A DNA stretch of 61,630 nucleotides, counting the filler, from Dugesia japonica (taxonomy: Eukaryota), in the NCBI GenBank assembly GCA_001938525.1. It is 5 parts of 5 records of this genome, joined end to end, with 100 filler letters (N's around TTAATTAATTAA, not from the genome) between each part and the next. Parts side by side here need not be neighbours in the genome. Positions count along the whole stretch, not along the records: positions 11,485 to 21,299 come from MQRL01529196.1; positions 21,400 to 30,168 come from MQRL01606360.1; 3 more parts are not named here. The stretch is one strand, 5' to 3'. This document shows, piece by piece, positions 12,890 through 26,889 of the stretch. Both the position numbers and the translations under genes were made by a program. The notes under the pieces were generated by a model, which saw nothing but the letters and a program-made list of their open reading frames with translations, did not search any database and had not been told where the DNA came from. The stretch's first letter is position 1, and the number at the start of each line of letters is the position of its first letter.

Positions 12890-13960
12890 TTATTTCAACT
12901 TGTCAAACACTCGCTGCTCTGTTTTATATTGCCTTCGCCTATCTTGTTGCATAAGATTCACTTGTTGTTGATTTTGGTTTCGATTATTTTTTATATGGTT
13001 CCTTAATTTATCATTTTCGTCCATCATTTTCCCAATGGCCTGGTTGTTTCTCAATTTATTATTGTAGTTTGTATTGGAATTCCCATAGCCCGATCTTCGA
13101 TTATTCTGGAAACAATTCCTACTCGTGTGACTCGATTTATTGCATGTATAAAATTCTGGTGACTTTGTGATGAAGCAATTTCCCGCTTTATGCCCTGGTT
13201 TTTGATAATTTGTAAATATCATTGCCGATCTGCAATCTCTGGCATAATGACCGAGTTTACCCCAGTTATAACATGTACTTCCCTGGGTTTGCTGCCACGA
13301 TCCTTGTCTATTTCCTCCATTTCATCTTTTACTATTATTTGATTGTCACGGTGGCGGTCTATTCTGACCTGGTGACAGTCCTCTTAATAATGGTTGAGTT
13401 CTGGCAGGCATAAAATCCGCAATTTTCGGTTCGCTTTTCTCTTCCTCTATTTGCTCTTTAATTTTAAAAACACTGGCTTGCTTTTGATTCATTTTCACTT
13501 AATGGGCTACCATCGCCGCGTTTATACTACATAGATCTACCCATTTTTTCACTTCTGCATTTCTAAGTCCTTTAATAAAAATACCGAGCACTGTTGGATC
13601 ATCCAACTTATCTTTCATCGCCAATTTGCCGAGTTTACGTAATTCTACCTGAAAGGTTTCATCACTTAATTGTCTTCGATCAACAAACTCTTGAACCTCT
13701 TGTCCTTGCAACATTAATGGCTTAAAGTTTTCTAATAATAATTCCTTAGCTTTTTCTCATGTATCAACGGGTTCTTTACTACAACTAATTTTATCCCAAT
13801 AAATAGTTTTAGCTGAATCCTTCAAATATAGAGGTAATCGATCTGCTGCTCTCTCTACTCCATTGACACGCTTGTATATGTATCCCATAGGCTGCAATAA
13901 AATCATTTAATTTCTCAGGTTGTCTGTTAAAATAATCTCCATTAAACTCTGTTTTCCATT
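12890..13960 (-). mobile_element. Ty3/gypsy-type gag (capsid + three zinc knuckles), degenerate
   Basis: RLPLYLKDSAK..W, RRQLSDETFQVELRKL...FIKGLR, then CYNWGKLGHYARDC, (F)TNYQKPGHKAGNC and (F)YTCNKSSHTSRNC knuckles. Confidence 0.8.
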
Positions 13961-16900
13961 CCTAACTCCGTTTCGATTTAGATCCACTTGTACTCTTGTC
14001 ATCATCTGAAATTTTAGAATTCTCCTCGGTTTCCTTTTCTTTATGATTGTTTATTTGATTGGTTCGTAGATTGATTGGACTATCTCGAATTTTGGAATAT
14101 TGGAATATTTATTGTTTTGGTTTAAATAATATGGCCCTACGGCTTCTGCACGCATTCAAATATTATTATCGCATTCATTAATTGACTACTTTTATCTGCT
14201 TTTATTAACCGATTGATACCTCTAATTACCAATTACTCACTACAATACATTATCATACTTTATTTCTATTACCTTAGAGCATTTAATAGAGCATTTATTA
14301 ATAGAGCATTTAAGTACTTTACTTTTATTACTCATTCATTTATTATACATAAGCAGCAATTTTATTTGATTATGTCACTTGGATTATCTGTTAAAATAAT
14401 ACTATCAATAAATACTGGTCTGCAAATATTTCATTATCGCTCATCATTGATTCCAACTAGAAATCGTGTCATTTAACAGCTTAAAATACTCCNNNNNNNN
14501 NNNNNNNNNNNNNNNNNNNNNNNNNNNNNNNNNNNNNNNNNCACCCAACTCTATTAATTCTGATTCAGTAACTGATTGCTCCTTTACTTCTTAATACATT
14601 TTATTCACTGCTCATAGAACATTTCTGCCTGCTCCTAGCACACTTTCTTCAATGAAAGCTCTCTAATTTACTGAAAACCTCTTATATCTCACCATATAAT
14701 TTGATTAACTCATTAACTTTACTTTTACTCAAAATTTCACATTGGGATATTTCCGCCTGATCCTTGCAATTTGTTATCCGTACCAATTTCTCAATTAATC
14801 GATACTAAATTTATCTCCCTTTCATTTTCCATAATAGAACAATCCAGCCTGTTTCTGGCAATTTACCTTCCGAATAAGCTTTTATAACTATTTGACGATC
14901 AATTTATTTCGACTCCATAACCCACGTTGGGACAATCCCACCTGCCCCTGTTAGTTTATCCTTTTAGTTTAATCATTTATCAATTACTTTATTTTAATCA
15001 AACCTTTATTTTGAAACAATTCCGCCTGTTCCTGGCAGTTTATACCTTTAATAAACTTTTCACAACTAATCAATGATTCCATTATCTCAATTTTACCTTG
15101 TCCATGTATAGAACCATTCAATCATTTTGACACCAGTCATCTTCTTTTCGATTCGTTTTCATTTGCTAATAATTTTGACTATACCTTTCTTTTCACCACT
15201 TCACATTAGTACCTCTAAATTATCAACAATAGAACTCTTGCGCCGGTTCCTTGGTACTTTCCTTCTGAAATTTTGTAAGTTCAAAGCTCTCCTCCCATAA
15301 TAAGTATCAATAAAATTCTCCTCAACTAATTCATTTTAACTATACGCTCGAACAGTTCTCATTACTTCTCCAAATTTACTATACACTCGGATAGTTTTAT
15401 TATTTCTCCCCATTCAACTATACACTTGTATAGTTTCCTCTTTTCCGACCAGATCTTCCTTAGTTTCCTTTACGGTGGCCAACCGAAAAAGTATCCGGAA
15501 CCAATTACTCGAAAATAACTCGGCACTCCAATATTTCTTAAAAATATTTCATTTAATTCTGTTATCATTTTACTCCCAATTAATTTCAACTTTCCATACT
15601 AGTTTATTTGCTTTAAACACTCTCTCTATGCAGCCGGTAATCTATTTTTTCAGCTCCAGCTGGGCGACAATTGTGATCCTCAATTAACAATAGTGCCTTA
15701 ATATCTCAATGCTTGAGTCAGTTGACAGTCTATTTCGATTCAGCTCCAACCGCTCGCTAATGTGCAGAATTTCATTATCCAGCTGATGTGTACCCACGAC
15801 GCTTCCCGCGATCGTGTTACTAAATGAATTTCCGATAATAAACAACACTACTAATGCCACACTTGGGGCTAACTATTGTACCATCTTGTCAACACTGAGT
15901 CCTCTGATTGCAAGATACCATGGACAACTTGCGGCCTTGTACTACCAGGATTTTTCACCCTCAAAACTAAAGTTCTGTAGAACTACGGGTAGTTAGCTGA
16001 AGGGAGTGAGTGTCAAGGCGCACTCACGCCAACCGTACGCCATAAGTGGTAAACTTAATAGATGTGATGGTCGTTGCTGGCTCCTACGTTGATTCCCCTG
16101 GAATTCCTGAGTTTATCTCTCCTGGTTTAAACTCCATTCTCCCGACGTGGAAGTCAGACAAAGTATCCAACTTCAGAGATCGGTACTCCTTATTCGAAGC
16201 GTCGAAGCTCGAAGTCCGTCCCAGCATATCCCCGAAAGATCTTCCACTCCACTGATCATTGCAGCTGTCCCTTTAAAGTTGATCAGGCTTCTAGTTCAAG
16301 CTTACTAATCGCGGGCCCTATTTTCCAAAATGACATCCATTATTACGACATCTTTTCCTCGGGTGCTTTCACATATCTATGGTTACGTTCGAAATTGTCT
16401 CTCTTCAAATCACCACAATAAAATCTCCAACCAAATTTAATTCTAAACTCAAAATTAATTATCTCATATGAAATCCTCAATTTAATCACAGCTACTATCA
16501 ATTCACTCTCGAACATTTAATTCCAATAATATTCGAACTACTCGATTATTGTTTTAAATGACTCTGTAACCATAGAACCCCACTGTTACACCTCGTCTCT
16601 ATCCCCGTTCATTTGTCGATCAAATTCTCGGTTACCACTCACCTTGGTGGCCTCCCTGTTTTGACTGTCCGATACCCTTCCTGCACTTCTTGATAANNNN
16701 NNNNNNNNNNNNNNNNNNNNNNNNNNNNNNNNNNNNNNNNNNNNNNNNNNNNNNNNNNNNNNNNNNNTCTATAAATTTATTAATTTCTTGTCAATATCCT
16801 TTCATTATCAATTAATCTTGTTGCTTTCAGTTACTTCTACTCCACTGCTTGCATAATATCATTATCTTAGAATATATCTCGTCAATTTCATCTTCATCAT

Positions 16901-18314
16901 TTCAATTATCATTAATATTCGTTAATCATTTCCATCTAAATTATTATTGTGCATCTCATTCCATCTTCTTAAAACTATCTCAATCAGTCTGCTTCATTAT
17001 TATCCTACGATAAGATTCGTCTCGATCTATTAATTTAATCTCATCACGAATTATTTCACAACCTGACTGGAGGCTTTGATCTCAATGATTAGAAAATTGT
17101 ATTTTGGCATTCTACAATTATTTCATAATAATTTATTTTCACCTATTTCACTTAATATTTGATTAATCTGCTGTTCGTCTATCTTTGATTTATCGTTATC
17201 CGTACCAATTCTCTTTTCATCTCATTTGTAATCCACAAACCATACTGTTACTTTTTATTCAATCATTAGTTGTTTCGTAGAAGTTTCACTTTCGTTGCAT
17301 TTACTATACTACTACTGATTATTGATTTACTCACTCGGTTCATTCGCTTCTCGTTAAGTTTCTCTGCTACTAAATGCATATTAACATTTAATATTTAACT
17401 CACCATTAATATAATTTAAAAAGCTGCTCCTTTAGAAGTATAAACGTCAAATTTCTATTGATTCACATGCAGTTTCTACTATTATGGGTTTCGTAGACAA
17501 CTACCATGCGCATCAATCTAATTTTTCCCGCTTTTAACTACAATCAATGCTGATCAACCAATATATATTCTATGCCCAGCTGCAACAGTTTGGCTTTTAA
17601 TGTCTAACCCAAACTGCCCGCACTGATCATTATTTATTTATTGATTCTGTCCATAAGTGATGCTCAAATTGAGGCACTCCGAATGAGAAGAGTTGAGAAA
17701 TCCTCTTTCTAATCTCGCCACTCTGCGCATTCAAAATCATTCCATCATTATCTCATCATTATTTATTCATTTAATACTAAACCGTCAATTCGTTATTTAT
17801 TTACTCGCTTGACGTCTTGTACCACATAATCCAGACATGCAGTGCGTGTGAGTCCTGTATTCTTTCTTTCACCCACTTCATATCTAAATCACTTGATATA
17901 TTTATCTTTTTGTACATTTACTTATCAATTAATTATTCGATGTTTATTCTAGGTTGATCCCAATACCCAGTGTGTGCAAGTTCTCATGACCCACTTTCAC
18001 CCACAAGGCATTTAAACCACTCTCGCATTGCATTTGTTATCTCTTGTAAATTTAAATTGATCGACATTTACTACAAGATTTTTTCTCTATCACATGATAG
18101 ATAGCCCAGCATTTCTAGTAACAGCATAACCTAGTAACCACAGGAATTTGTGATGTCGTCTTCTCCATCACGATCCCCCATTCCCGAGTTCAGCGAGACT
18201 ATGCGGTATCTCGTCTTTGACAGAAAGTTCTGATTTAAACTGGCTCTTAATTTGTTCGAAATCAAAGTGCAAGAAAACAACTCTGAACTCAATTAGTATT
18301 TATTCAATCGCTGT

Positions 18315-18714
18315 TCATGAAGAACCGAAAATGGTTTCTTCTGTGATTGTTTTTCCTTGGTCGTTGACGCTCTGAGTATGATACTCTCTCCATAGAATTC
18401 GGACATTTTCTAGCACTGTGGATTCTCGATCGGCGTAATCCTTAATAATCTCCGCCATCATCCGATTATTAGCTATGATTATGAGTTNATCCTTAATAAT
18501 CTCCGCCATCATCCGATTATTAGCTATGAGTATGAGTTCCGTTCTTCTACTCACACTCAATCTTTCGTTCAATGTGGACAACTTCTTCCTAGTTTCGCCT
18601 GCCAACTCTTGCAATTCACGATTCTCTCTCCTTAATCTCTTGATCTCTGTCTGAGTATTCTGCTATTTGATCAATAACTCTTCTCTGGTAGGTTTTGTGA
18701 TCCGGGTTGACATA
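18315..18714 (-). pseudogene. Short coiled-coil ORF remnant upstream of gag
   Basis: Charged heptad-like sequence (QTEIKRLRRENRELQELAGETRKKLSTLNERL), intronless, frameshifted. Confidence 0.4.
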
Positions 18715-18998
18715 TCTAAATAACTCATGAAAATTGGTATGTTAATTTAATTTGCAAATATGTGCCATGAATATTATATTTTATTGTTGAGTGATTGCTT
18801 CGATATAAACTGCTTTATTTAGTGGATTCTTTAATTTCATCATATTTTGGTTTACTTTGACCGGTTTGTTTTAAACATTTTATTTGCGTCGTTTATCGTT
18901 TAATTAATTCTTCTATTTTAAATAATTTACAGTTTATGTAACTCCACATAAAGTGCTAACAACGACATTTTCAAAATATATTAAATTATACACATTAT

Positions 18999-19476
18999 CA
19001 CACTTCCGATTCTAGTACCTCCTCCGTCTCCAGCCTCTCTAAATGAGCTGTCAGCACAGGCATTGCATGTTCTATTTGTTGCCAGATTCGTCTACCGGCC
19101 TGATTATGAATGAGGAGATTGTTCTTCAGCACCGTCTGACGGTCCGTGATGGTTCGAGCTCGTCTTAAATGATCCGAGGCACGAGACTACAAATCTGCTA
19201 GTGCGGTTTTCTGTTGTTGTCTATCCTTCTCCTGGTCATTGCGCTGCTCTTGCAACTGCTTTACATGAGCTTGCAGCCTCAGTATCTCCTCCTTTTGTTC
19301 CTGGATTTCAATGCCTCTTATTCGTATTTTATCCTCAGTCACACACCAGGGGTCTCGATCTGTCCTGCTTCACCCCATGAATCATATAGAACTGGAATCT
19401 CATTACATTTTCCGGAAATAAACGACCATCCATTCAGCGATTTCTGGGCCTCTGCTATATTTATCCTTCTCGACAT
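18999..19476 (-). pseudogene. Second coiled-coil ORF remnant upstream of gag
   Basis: MSRRINIAEAQKSL... then EIQEQKEEILRLQAHVKQLQEQRNDQEKDRQQQKTALADL*...LERLETEEVLESEV*, with stop and frameshift. Confidence 0.4.
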
Positions 19477-21299
19477 CTAAACAATTCATCTTTAAATAAT
19501 GATAGGTTACATGAAATCGTTAATCCCTTTACTCTATAATCGGTCTCTCCTTTCATTATTATTACTTCAGCGAGAAAGGAGTTAGAATTCCTCGGTGAAA
19601 ACTAAGTATTTTATTGTTCTCAGGGAATTCTACTTTCTCATTCGCTATGCGGCTATTATTATTAGGCTAGATTTTAAGTTGCGGCATTCAGTTTAAATCA
19701 TTATTTAAAATCTCGATCTAAATCAATTATAATTTTGTTAATCATCAGTATATTATAGGATGAGTTCCTTATCACAATTTAATCAGAAACCATTTAATTA
19801 AAATATATCATAATACCAAAATAATTATTCCAAATATCAATAAAATAAATAATAATTAAAATCATAATTTAAATATTTTATCAAACCGAAACTAATTAAT
19901 TATTACAAATATCTATAATTTAACAATAAAGAAATGGTAACCAAATAACAGTATCCCGAAATATTAACTGAATTCATTGAAAATATAATTAGTAATTATT
20001 CCAAAAATTATATTCGACTTCATTCATTAAAACAAAAATCTCTTATATATCAGAATTGTTACCCAGAACGTTATGTCCAAAAAATTCCTTTTCGATAGGA
20101 AACACAACTCCTCTTGTGGTTAATTACCTTTTATCGTTTCAATCAAAACATTTTATCTCATTCAATCAGGAAAAGTTTAAACATTATTTACGATTATAAA
20201 AATTATCTTTTTAAATTATTAATAATCAATTATTAACGAAAACATCATTATTGAAATATAGCATTATAATTATTAGAATTCTAAATAATAATAAAACATT
20301 TTAAAAGTCAAATGAAATATATTAAAGGCCATTGTCAAATAAAAATAAGTATTATACAACCATAAAATTAAAATATTAAAACATAATTTACGCTTCTCCA
20401 CAGGGCTCCGAACCATCACGAGTAAATATTAACTTCTTAAATATTCATATGCATTTAAACATTCATTTACATATCCGTTTCTATTCATTATCCACATCCA
20501 TCATTCATCTATTCATCTCTTTTCATTTTAAATTATTAATCTATTTTCATTATTGAACATTCATTTCTTTTCATAAATTATTCATCTATTCTCATTATTG
20601 ANNNNNNNNNNNNNNNNNNNNNNNNNNNNNNNNNNNNNNNNNNNNNNNNNNNNNNNNNNNNNNNNNNNCTCGGATCAGCAGCATATACTTTGTCTCATTA
20701 CTTTTAGTTTGAATTGCCTTTGATAATTCTGAAATTCGATTTGTTGGATATCCTGTTAGCTGATATTTTCAAAAGAAAAAACTCTTAATTGATGTGATGA
20801 TTTTTGAAACACTAATTTTCCACTTAATTCAACTTTTAATCAATTTATTCAATCTCAAAATCTCTAAAATTTATCAAAAGTATTATTTTGTTGTGTTGTT
20901 TTCGCAAAAGTGTTTTTTTTGTGTTGTTTTCTCATTTGGTTATATATCATTTCAAAACCAGGTGGGCCTCGTTGCTCACTGCGAAGTAGATGTCAAATGG
21001 GGCGAATCGGCCCCACTGTCGAAAAATCGGTGGTTTTTTCCAGGTTCGAAAAATCGACTTTTTGGGGTTTTCAGTTAATTTGGGCAAACAGTAGCTTTTA
21101 ACTAATTAATCAATGAAATTTAGTTATTTAATTAAAATATTGATTAAATTTACCAAAACCTGGAAAAAACCCCAGATTTTTAAATAAATGAAAAATTAGA
21201 GAAATAAATCAAAAAATTAGAGAATTAAATCAAAAAATAAATTTCTTAATAAAATAAAATTTCCAAATAAATAAAATTTCCAAAATAAAATAAAGTTTC

Positions 21300-21399
21300 N
21301 NNNNNNNNNNNNNNNNNNNNNNNNNNNNNNNNNNNNNNNNNNNTTAATTAATTAANNNNNNNNNNNNNNNNNNNNNNNNNNNNNNNNNNNNNNNNNNNN
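21300..21399. other. Artificial 100-bp scaffold spacer
   Basis: 44 N + TTAATTAATTAA + 44 N. Confidence 0.95.
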
Positions 21400-21409
21400 A
21401 TGTATATTT

Positions 21410-21800
21410 TCTGGAAAAGGATACATAGTAACTCTTAATTATGTAACACATAAGCTAAAGAAACCTATTGAGTTAAACCTATAGTTAATCAAATTAAAAA
21501 ATCTTTGATAACATCTTTCTCTTTCTCAAATGCCAAACTAAAACAAGCCTGAAGCCCGTCAATCGTTTTTTAACGGTTTTGCATATTCTTACAACAAATA
21601 GTCATCTCACAAGCAAGTGACTAATATCTCTTGTTTTTTCATCTGAGTAATGTTTTCAGCATTAAAATACAATTCACACCGCTTGACAAATTTCTCAATA
21701 TCATCTCCTTTGCAGAACACATTTGGTAATAACCTATCTATAATATAATTGGTATTTACCGCTACCACTATGTCAGGTACATCTTCTAAAGATAATTGAT
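21410..21800 (-). mobile_element. Gypsy gag N-terminal fragment
   Basis: LLPNVFCKGDDIEKFVKRCELYFNAENI...QEILVTCL resembles the start of retrotransposon capsid domains. Confidence 0.55.
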
Positions 21801-24334
21801 TTTGCAAATCACAAAGATTAATTTCCAAATTATAACTACAGGTTTTGTAATAAATCAATTACAAAGAGAAATTAATCATTAATAAAATAATTTATCTTAA
21901 TTTCTGTTGGTTAAAATTATTCACTTAAATTTTAATTTTTTATAATATTTATCATTGATAATTACTCAGTAATAGTAGATATACTCTCCATATTTATTGA
22001 AAACTGAATCACTTCTTAAAGACGCATATATTAAGTAGCAAGAAGCTACAGTAATATAATCAAAATAACAATCAACAGAGTAACGAACAGTAATAGTTCT
22101 GGAGGCAAATTATATAGAAATAAATGTAAAAATCACTGCATATTCGAATACAGAAGTGTGGCATTATTGACATTCAATGAAATTTCTTCTCAAAACTATA
22201 AATTCTATTCAAGCCAAACAATTTCAAAGTAAATCATTTAAATTCATGGCAGATAAAGTTCTCTACAAGTTCTCTTAACTAGTGAATGTAATGAAGAAAG
22301 GAAATTCAGAGGATTTATTGAATCCTTAAAAGAAATTTATTAGTTAAGAGAGTTTGATGTGACTTAAAAGTTTGATGAGGATGTAGATAAANAAACATTA
22401 AACTACATTGAATTGTTCTTATATATCTTGAAACACATAATNTTTAGTTGTCTTGACAGGTATACTTGAAACACTGGGGTAAATATGATTCCTATATTGA
22501 ATACTTTTATCTTTGTAACCAATATAATGAATATCAATAATTGTAATGATTATTCAATTCATCTATTCATAACAATTAATTAAAACACACATAATTACAA
22601 TAGTTGTTGCCTAGGAAACGACCTTGTTGACCTAATTTTGGGCTGAATTTATTTATAAATAAATATGGAAAATAATCGATTTTTGAATACACAAAATCTG
22701 AATTTTTATTTAAACAAAACAAAATAATTCGAAAACAAACCGCATGTAAATTAATGTTATTAAATATATTTAACTTTTAAAACAAAATGTTTCTATTATT
22801 ATTATTATTATTATTATTTAAAAAATTATTAAAATTCCAAAACTAACTTTCAAAAGTAGATGAAATGCTTCTAGCTCGAGATATACCATAACCTCTCGCG
22901 TCTGTGGACCAATGTCTATTCGTACTAATTCACTGAAGATGTTTGTAATATGATTGGCTTAAATAAACTTTGCTTACGTTTTTACAGAATCATGGCGAAT
23001 ATTTGCTTNAAAGGGCATTCTGAAATCAAATAATTTTTTGTATGATAAGATTAATTGTATATTTATGGTTGTTAGGTAAATCTTCAATTGTTAATTCATT
23101 TTGAAATAAACATGAAAAATAATATAAGAAATTTACTTCAATAAATTGAATATTTTCTTAAAAATCAATTACGATATAATAAATTTAATAAAATAAAATA
23201 TTTATATTACCTATATATTACTATATACAAAATTGACTTACCAAACAATTATGATGAAAATAAAGCACAAGAAAGCTTACAATTCCCAAAATATGCTGTA
23301 GACATCACGCTACTATACGTATTCAAACAAATACCAGCTGTAAGTGATTTGTTACTGTTTGCGACATATTTTGTAATAGAAAAAGTATTTATGTACAGGT
23401 TTTATACAAATATTAGCAACCGCCAGTAAATATAATGTTACATTAAATATGATGTTTGCTCATGTCTCTGTTGAACGTAGACAAAATTGCCAGTGAGAAG
23501 TGTTCTTATTTGACAGGAGCACGTACGTTAAAGGATTGAATTCTTTCGATACTATTAAAATGAATTTAATTAAGTTAAATCAAATATTAATTAAAACATC
23601 TGATAGAGAAAAAGTATTATTATATTATATTTTTCCTTAACATCTGCAACATATTTAAAAATTAATTCTATTTTACAAATTTTATCATTCTGAAAATGCG
23701 CATAATTCCTGAGAATTCAAAAACTAAAACGATAATCAAATAAAAAATTTATTAAAATTTTTGTAGAGAAAATCAAATAAATTGTCTAAAAAGACAACCA
23801 AAAAAAAACTTCACTAAATTAGCAAATTTAGAAATATTTATGCAAATAATTTTTTTTAATAAAAATCGACATTTACAAAACAGGCTCAACATCAAATAGA
23901 AATTAATCAAATTAATCTGTTTCCCTAGAAAGGTTTTTAGATGTTTCTTAATTAAATTCCAAAATTCTCAGATTTAATTCGAATAATAATTTTTTTATAT
24001 TAAATTTCTTTTGTTTAATTTCAGGAAAAAAATATATTCTGAAGATTCATAGAAAACGTTTTTNNNNNNNNNNNNNNNNNNNNNNNNNTTTTTAACAATT
24101 GACTTTTCCTATTGTTATTTTTTGATGCCGGAATATAGGAAAAAATATAAATCTAAATTAAATATAAATTTTATTTTGGTTCAAATTTTTCTCAATTATT
24201 TCTTCTTCAAGAAATCTTATTTTATAAAACATATGTAAAGGATTTAAAACCTTTTAAATGTTTATTGGTTGTTTTAAAATATTTCCTTATGATTATTTTT
24301 AAATAAATAATTGAAGATCATTTTTTTAAATATT

Positions 24335-24381
24335 TATTTGCGATCGATTTCGACGTAATAATAGTCATCCCCAGGCAATTA
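24335..24381 (-). ncRNA. Minimal type I hammerhead ribozyme (core mutated) in the 3' terminal region of a PLE
   Basis: UUGC-CUGGGGA-U-GAC(loop)GUC-GAA-AUCGAU-C|GCAA: stems I and II present, palindrome in place of stem III, CUGANGA has an A>G change. Lies about 110 nt downstream of the GIY-YIG ORF on the same strand. Confidence 0.6.
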
Positions 24382-24489
24382 AAGAATATTAAAACAAATT
24401 TTTTACAAAGTTTAAATGATTATATAATTTCCATTGTGCAATCTCAATAAAAAAATAAAAAAAATAATTTTAAGAGTGATGCTGAATCC

Positions 24490-24900
24490 GTCTATTGAAC
24501 ATTAATTTTAGGATTTAATGCACTTATCAACAAAGCTTCACACATCACTCTCTCCGAATAATTATGGATTCAACTGCGCAAGATTTTAAAATCAGAACAC
24601 CCTATTGATTTTCAACATTTTCTCCAATGCTCAACAATATTACTATTTCTACAATTTCCACTATGCTCTTGAACTTTGGTGCAGAGATGATGGACAGTCT
24701 CTCCAATGTATGTGGCGTTACACCCATAACATTTAAATTAATAGACCAGATCAGAGCACAAACCTAAAGTGGTTATAGATTTATTATTGAGACACAACTT
24801 TATATTAAAAATATTCTTCGGAGCATTTTCAATCGAAAGTTTGAATTTTTTAAAGCCTTCAGAATAAGGTAAACATAAAAAAATTTTAGGATCTGTTTCT
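24490..24900 (-). mobile_element. Penelope-like element GIY-YIG endonuclease remnant
   Basis: IFLCLPY...LCSDLVY*FKCYGCNATYIGETVHHLCTKVQEH..SNIVEH...DFKIL...ERVMCEALLISALNPKINVQ. Confidence 0.85.
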
Positions 24901-25869
24901 ACAACCTCAGATACATTAACACGAGACAATATAACCTTTAAATTTTGATTTGTTATTGTAAGTATGGTTGGAGACAAATAAATCTTTTGATAGTTCGACT
25001 GAAGTTGTTAACCAAAATAGTTTAATAAATAATTAAATTAACTTCATTGAATAAAGTTAGAAAATTTAAAATTTCAATATTGGAGAATTAAGTATTGATA
25101 ATCTATATTTAATTAATGACTTAATTCAATAAAATAATTTTTTGTTGCGTTAATTTTAAAATTTAATTTTTGGAATAATTTTCAAATAAACGTTTAAATA
25201 ATTTAATTTGTATTAAAATCTTTTGAATGAAATTTTTCGAAAATTTAATTAAAAATATTTTTTATTAATTATAAAATTTTGTAAAATGATAATTTTTTCA
25301 AATTTATTGTTATAGAATTTTTTTAATAATTTCGGTCAGAATTAAATAAAAATGTTTAGCTTGTTTTAAAATTTGTTTAAAAAAACAAATTTATAATTAA
25401 GGTTTTTGTTTTGTCTTGAATAAATCTTGGAATGAAAAGCGTTTCTTTTTAAAATGCAATGACGAATGTAACAGATTCCTCTAACAGTAATTATTCTAAC
25501 TTTTGATAAAAACTTCCTTATATGCTAACCTATAGTGTGGAAATGTAGTTTTTGACTAATATTTTCTTTATTGTATGAGGTCATTTAGAAAGTAATGGTT
25601 CATTTTTAAACCAAACTTTAAACTGATATTGCATTGACTTTTGAAAACTTTATACTTCAAGAAATGGTCAATATGTCAAAAGAAATGAAAATCTGTGGGA
25701 ACCAAGTTCGGTGAGTATAGTGTATGAGCAAGAGTTTTCATAACCGAAAGTTTGAAGTTTTTGTACGACTATTCTTGAAACACATTGAAAAAATAACAGG
25801 TTCTCTTAAAATAAGTTATCTTGTTTGAACAAGTATAAGGCAAGACTGAATAAACGAGGAATTTNAAAT

Positions 25870-26410
25870 GTGGCACATACTGAAAGGAAATTGGATTGTC
25901 GTGAAGGAGTATTGCACCTTGATGATTGACTAAAGCCAGCTGTTTTTGCACTAAATTATTTTACATACCTCCAACTGCTCACAGCACGATGTCGCCGTGA
26001 ATGTCTCACGAGGTAATATAAAAGAAAAGTAAATAACTTTCGTAGTTGACCACCATACAGTAAACATGGACTTTTTCGGATGGAGCTTCATTTTTGTGAA
26101 CTGTTTAGGGGACTCTCCAATCGATAACCATTATGCATAACGTTTGCATTCAATAAATTTTAATTCACTTTTTATCACAAGTAATGATGCAACCTAAGAA
26201 GGCATCGGTGGAATATCTTCTGACAAAAGATGTTGCTATTTCTAGTTTCCTTTTAATGTGGATTTTTGATTTTGCTGATCATCTTCAGATGNTCGAAGAT
26301 AGTTGANTGCGAAATATGCATATTTGTNACTATTTCTAACACAATTTGTCTTGAATATTCCTAGACTATTTTTTTTAAAACATCGTCATCAAAAACAGAA
26401 GGTAACCGGT
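25870..26410 (-). mobile_element. Mariner (DD34D) transposase remnant
   Basis: FLGCIITCDKK, KMKLHPKKV, LVNHQGAILLHDNP match the mariner motifs TGDEKW, LHPKK and LLHDNARPH. Confidence 0.75.
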
Positions 26411-26889
26411 TTTTTCTTTATCTTTAATAGACTCATTACTGTTAGGGGATAATAAAGTCATTCTATAGAGGAAGGATAATATAATAATAATGGCACTGAT
26501 CCAAGATTTTAATAATTATTAATTTAATTATTTAGTCGCAATTATTTTAGTAAATTTTAAACTAATTAAGTAANNNNNNNNNNNNNNNNNNNNNNNNNNN
26601 NNNNNNNNNNNNNNNNNNNNNNNNNNNNNNNNNNNNNNNNNNNNNNNNNNNNNNNNNNNNNNNNNNNNNNNNNNNNNNNNNNNNNNNNNNNNNNNNNNNN
26701 NNNNNNNNNNNNNNNNNNNNNNNNNNNNNNNNNNNNNAATTTCGTAAATATAGTTCAATTCAACAATTTACGCTTACACGTTAATTTATTACTGTTCGTT
26801 TTTTGAATATTTAAACTACTGTTTTATATATACACAATTCTGTTAACAATATGATTTACCATTATTATTATTATTAATAATCTTTCATC

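Noticed and set aside
18438-18538. ~50-bp tandem duplication giving a repeated peptide (LIANNRMMAEIIKD)
   Set aside because: The copies are separated by a single N; probably an assembly artefact.
22040-22200. Possible MADF/Myb-like (Harbinger) fragment, WHY*HSMKFL
   Set aside because: Too short and degenerate to support.
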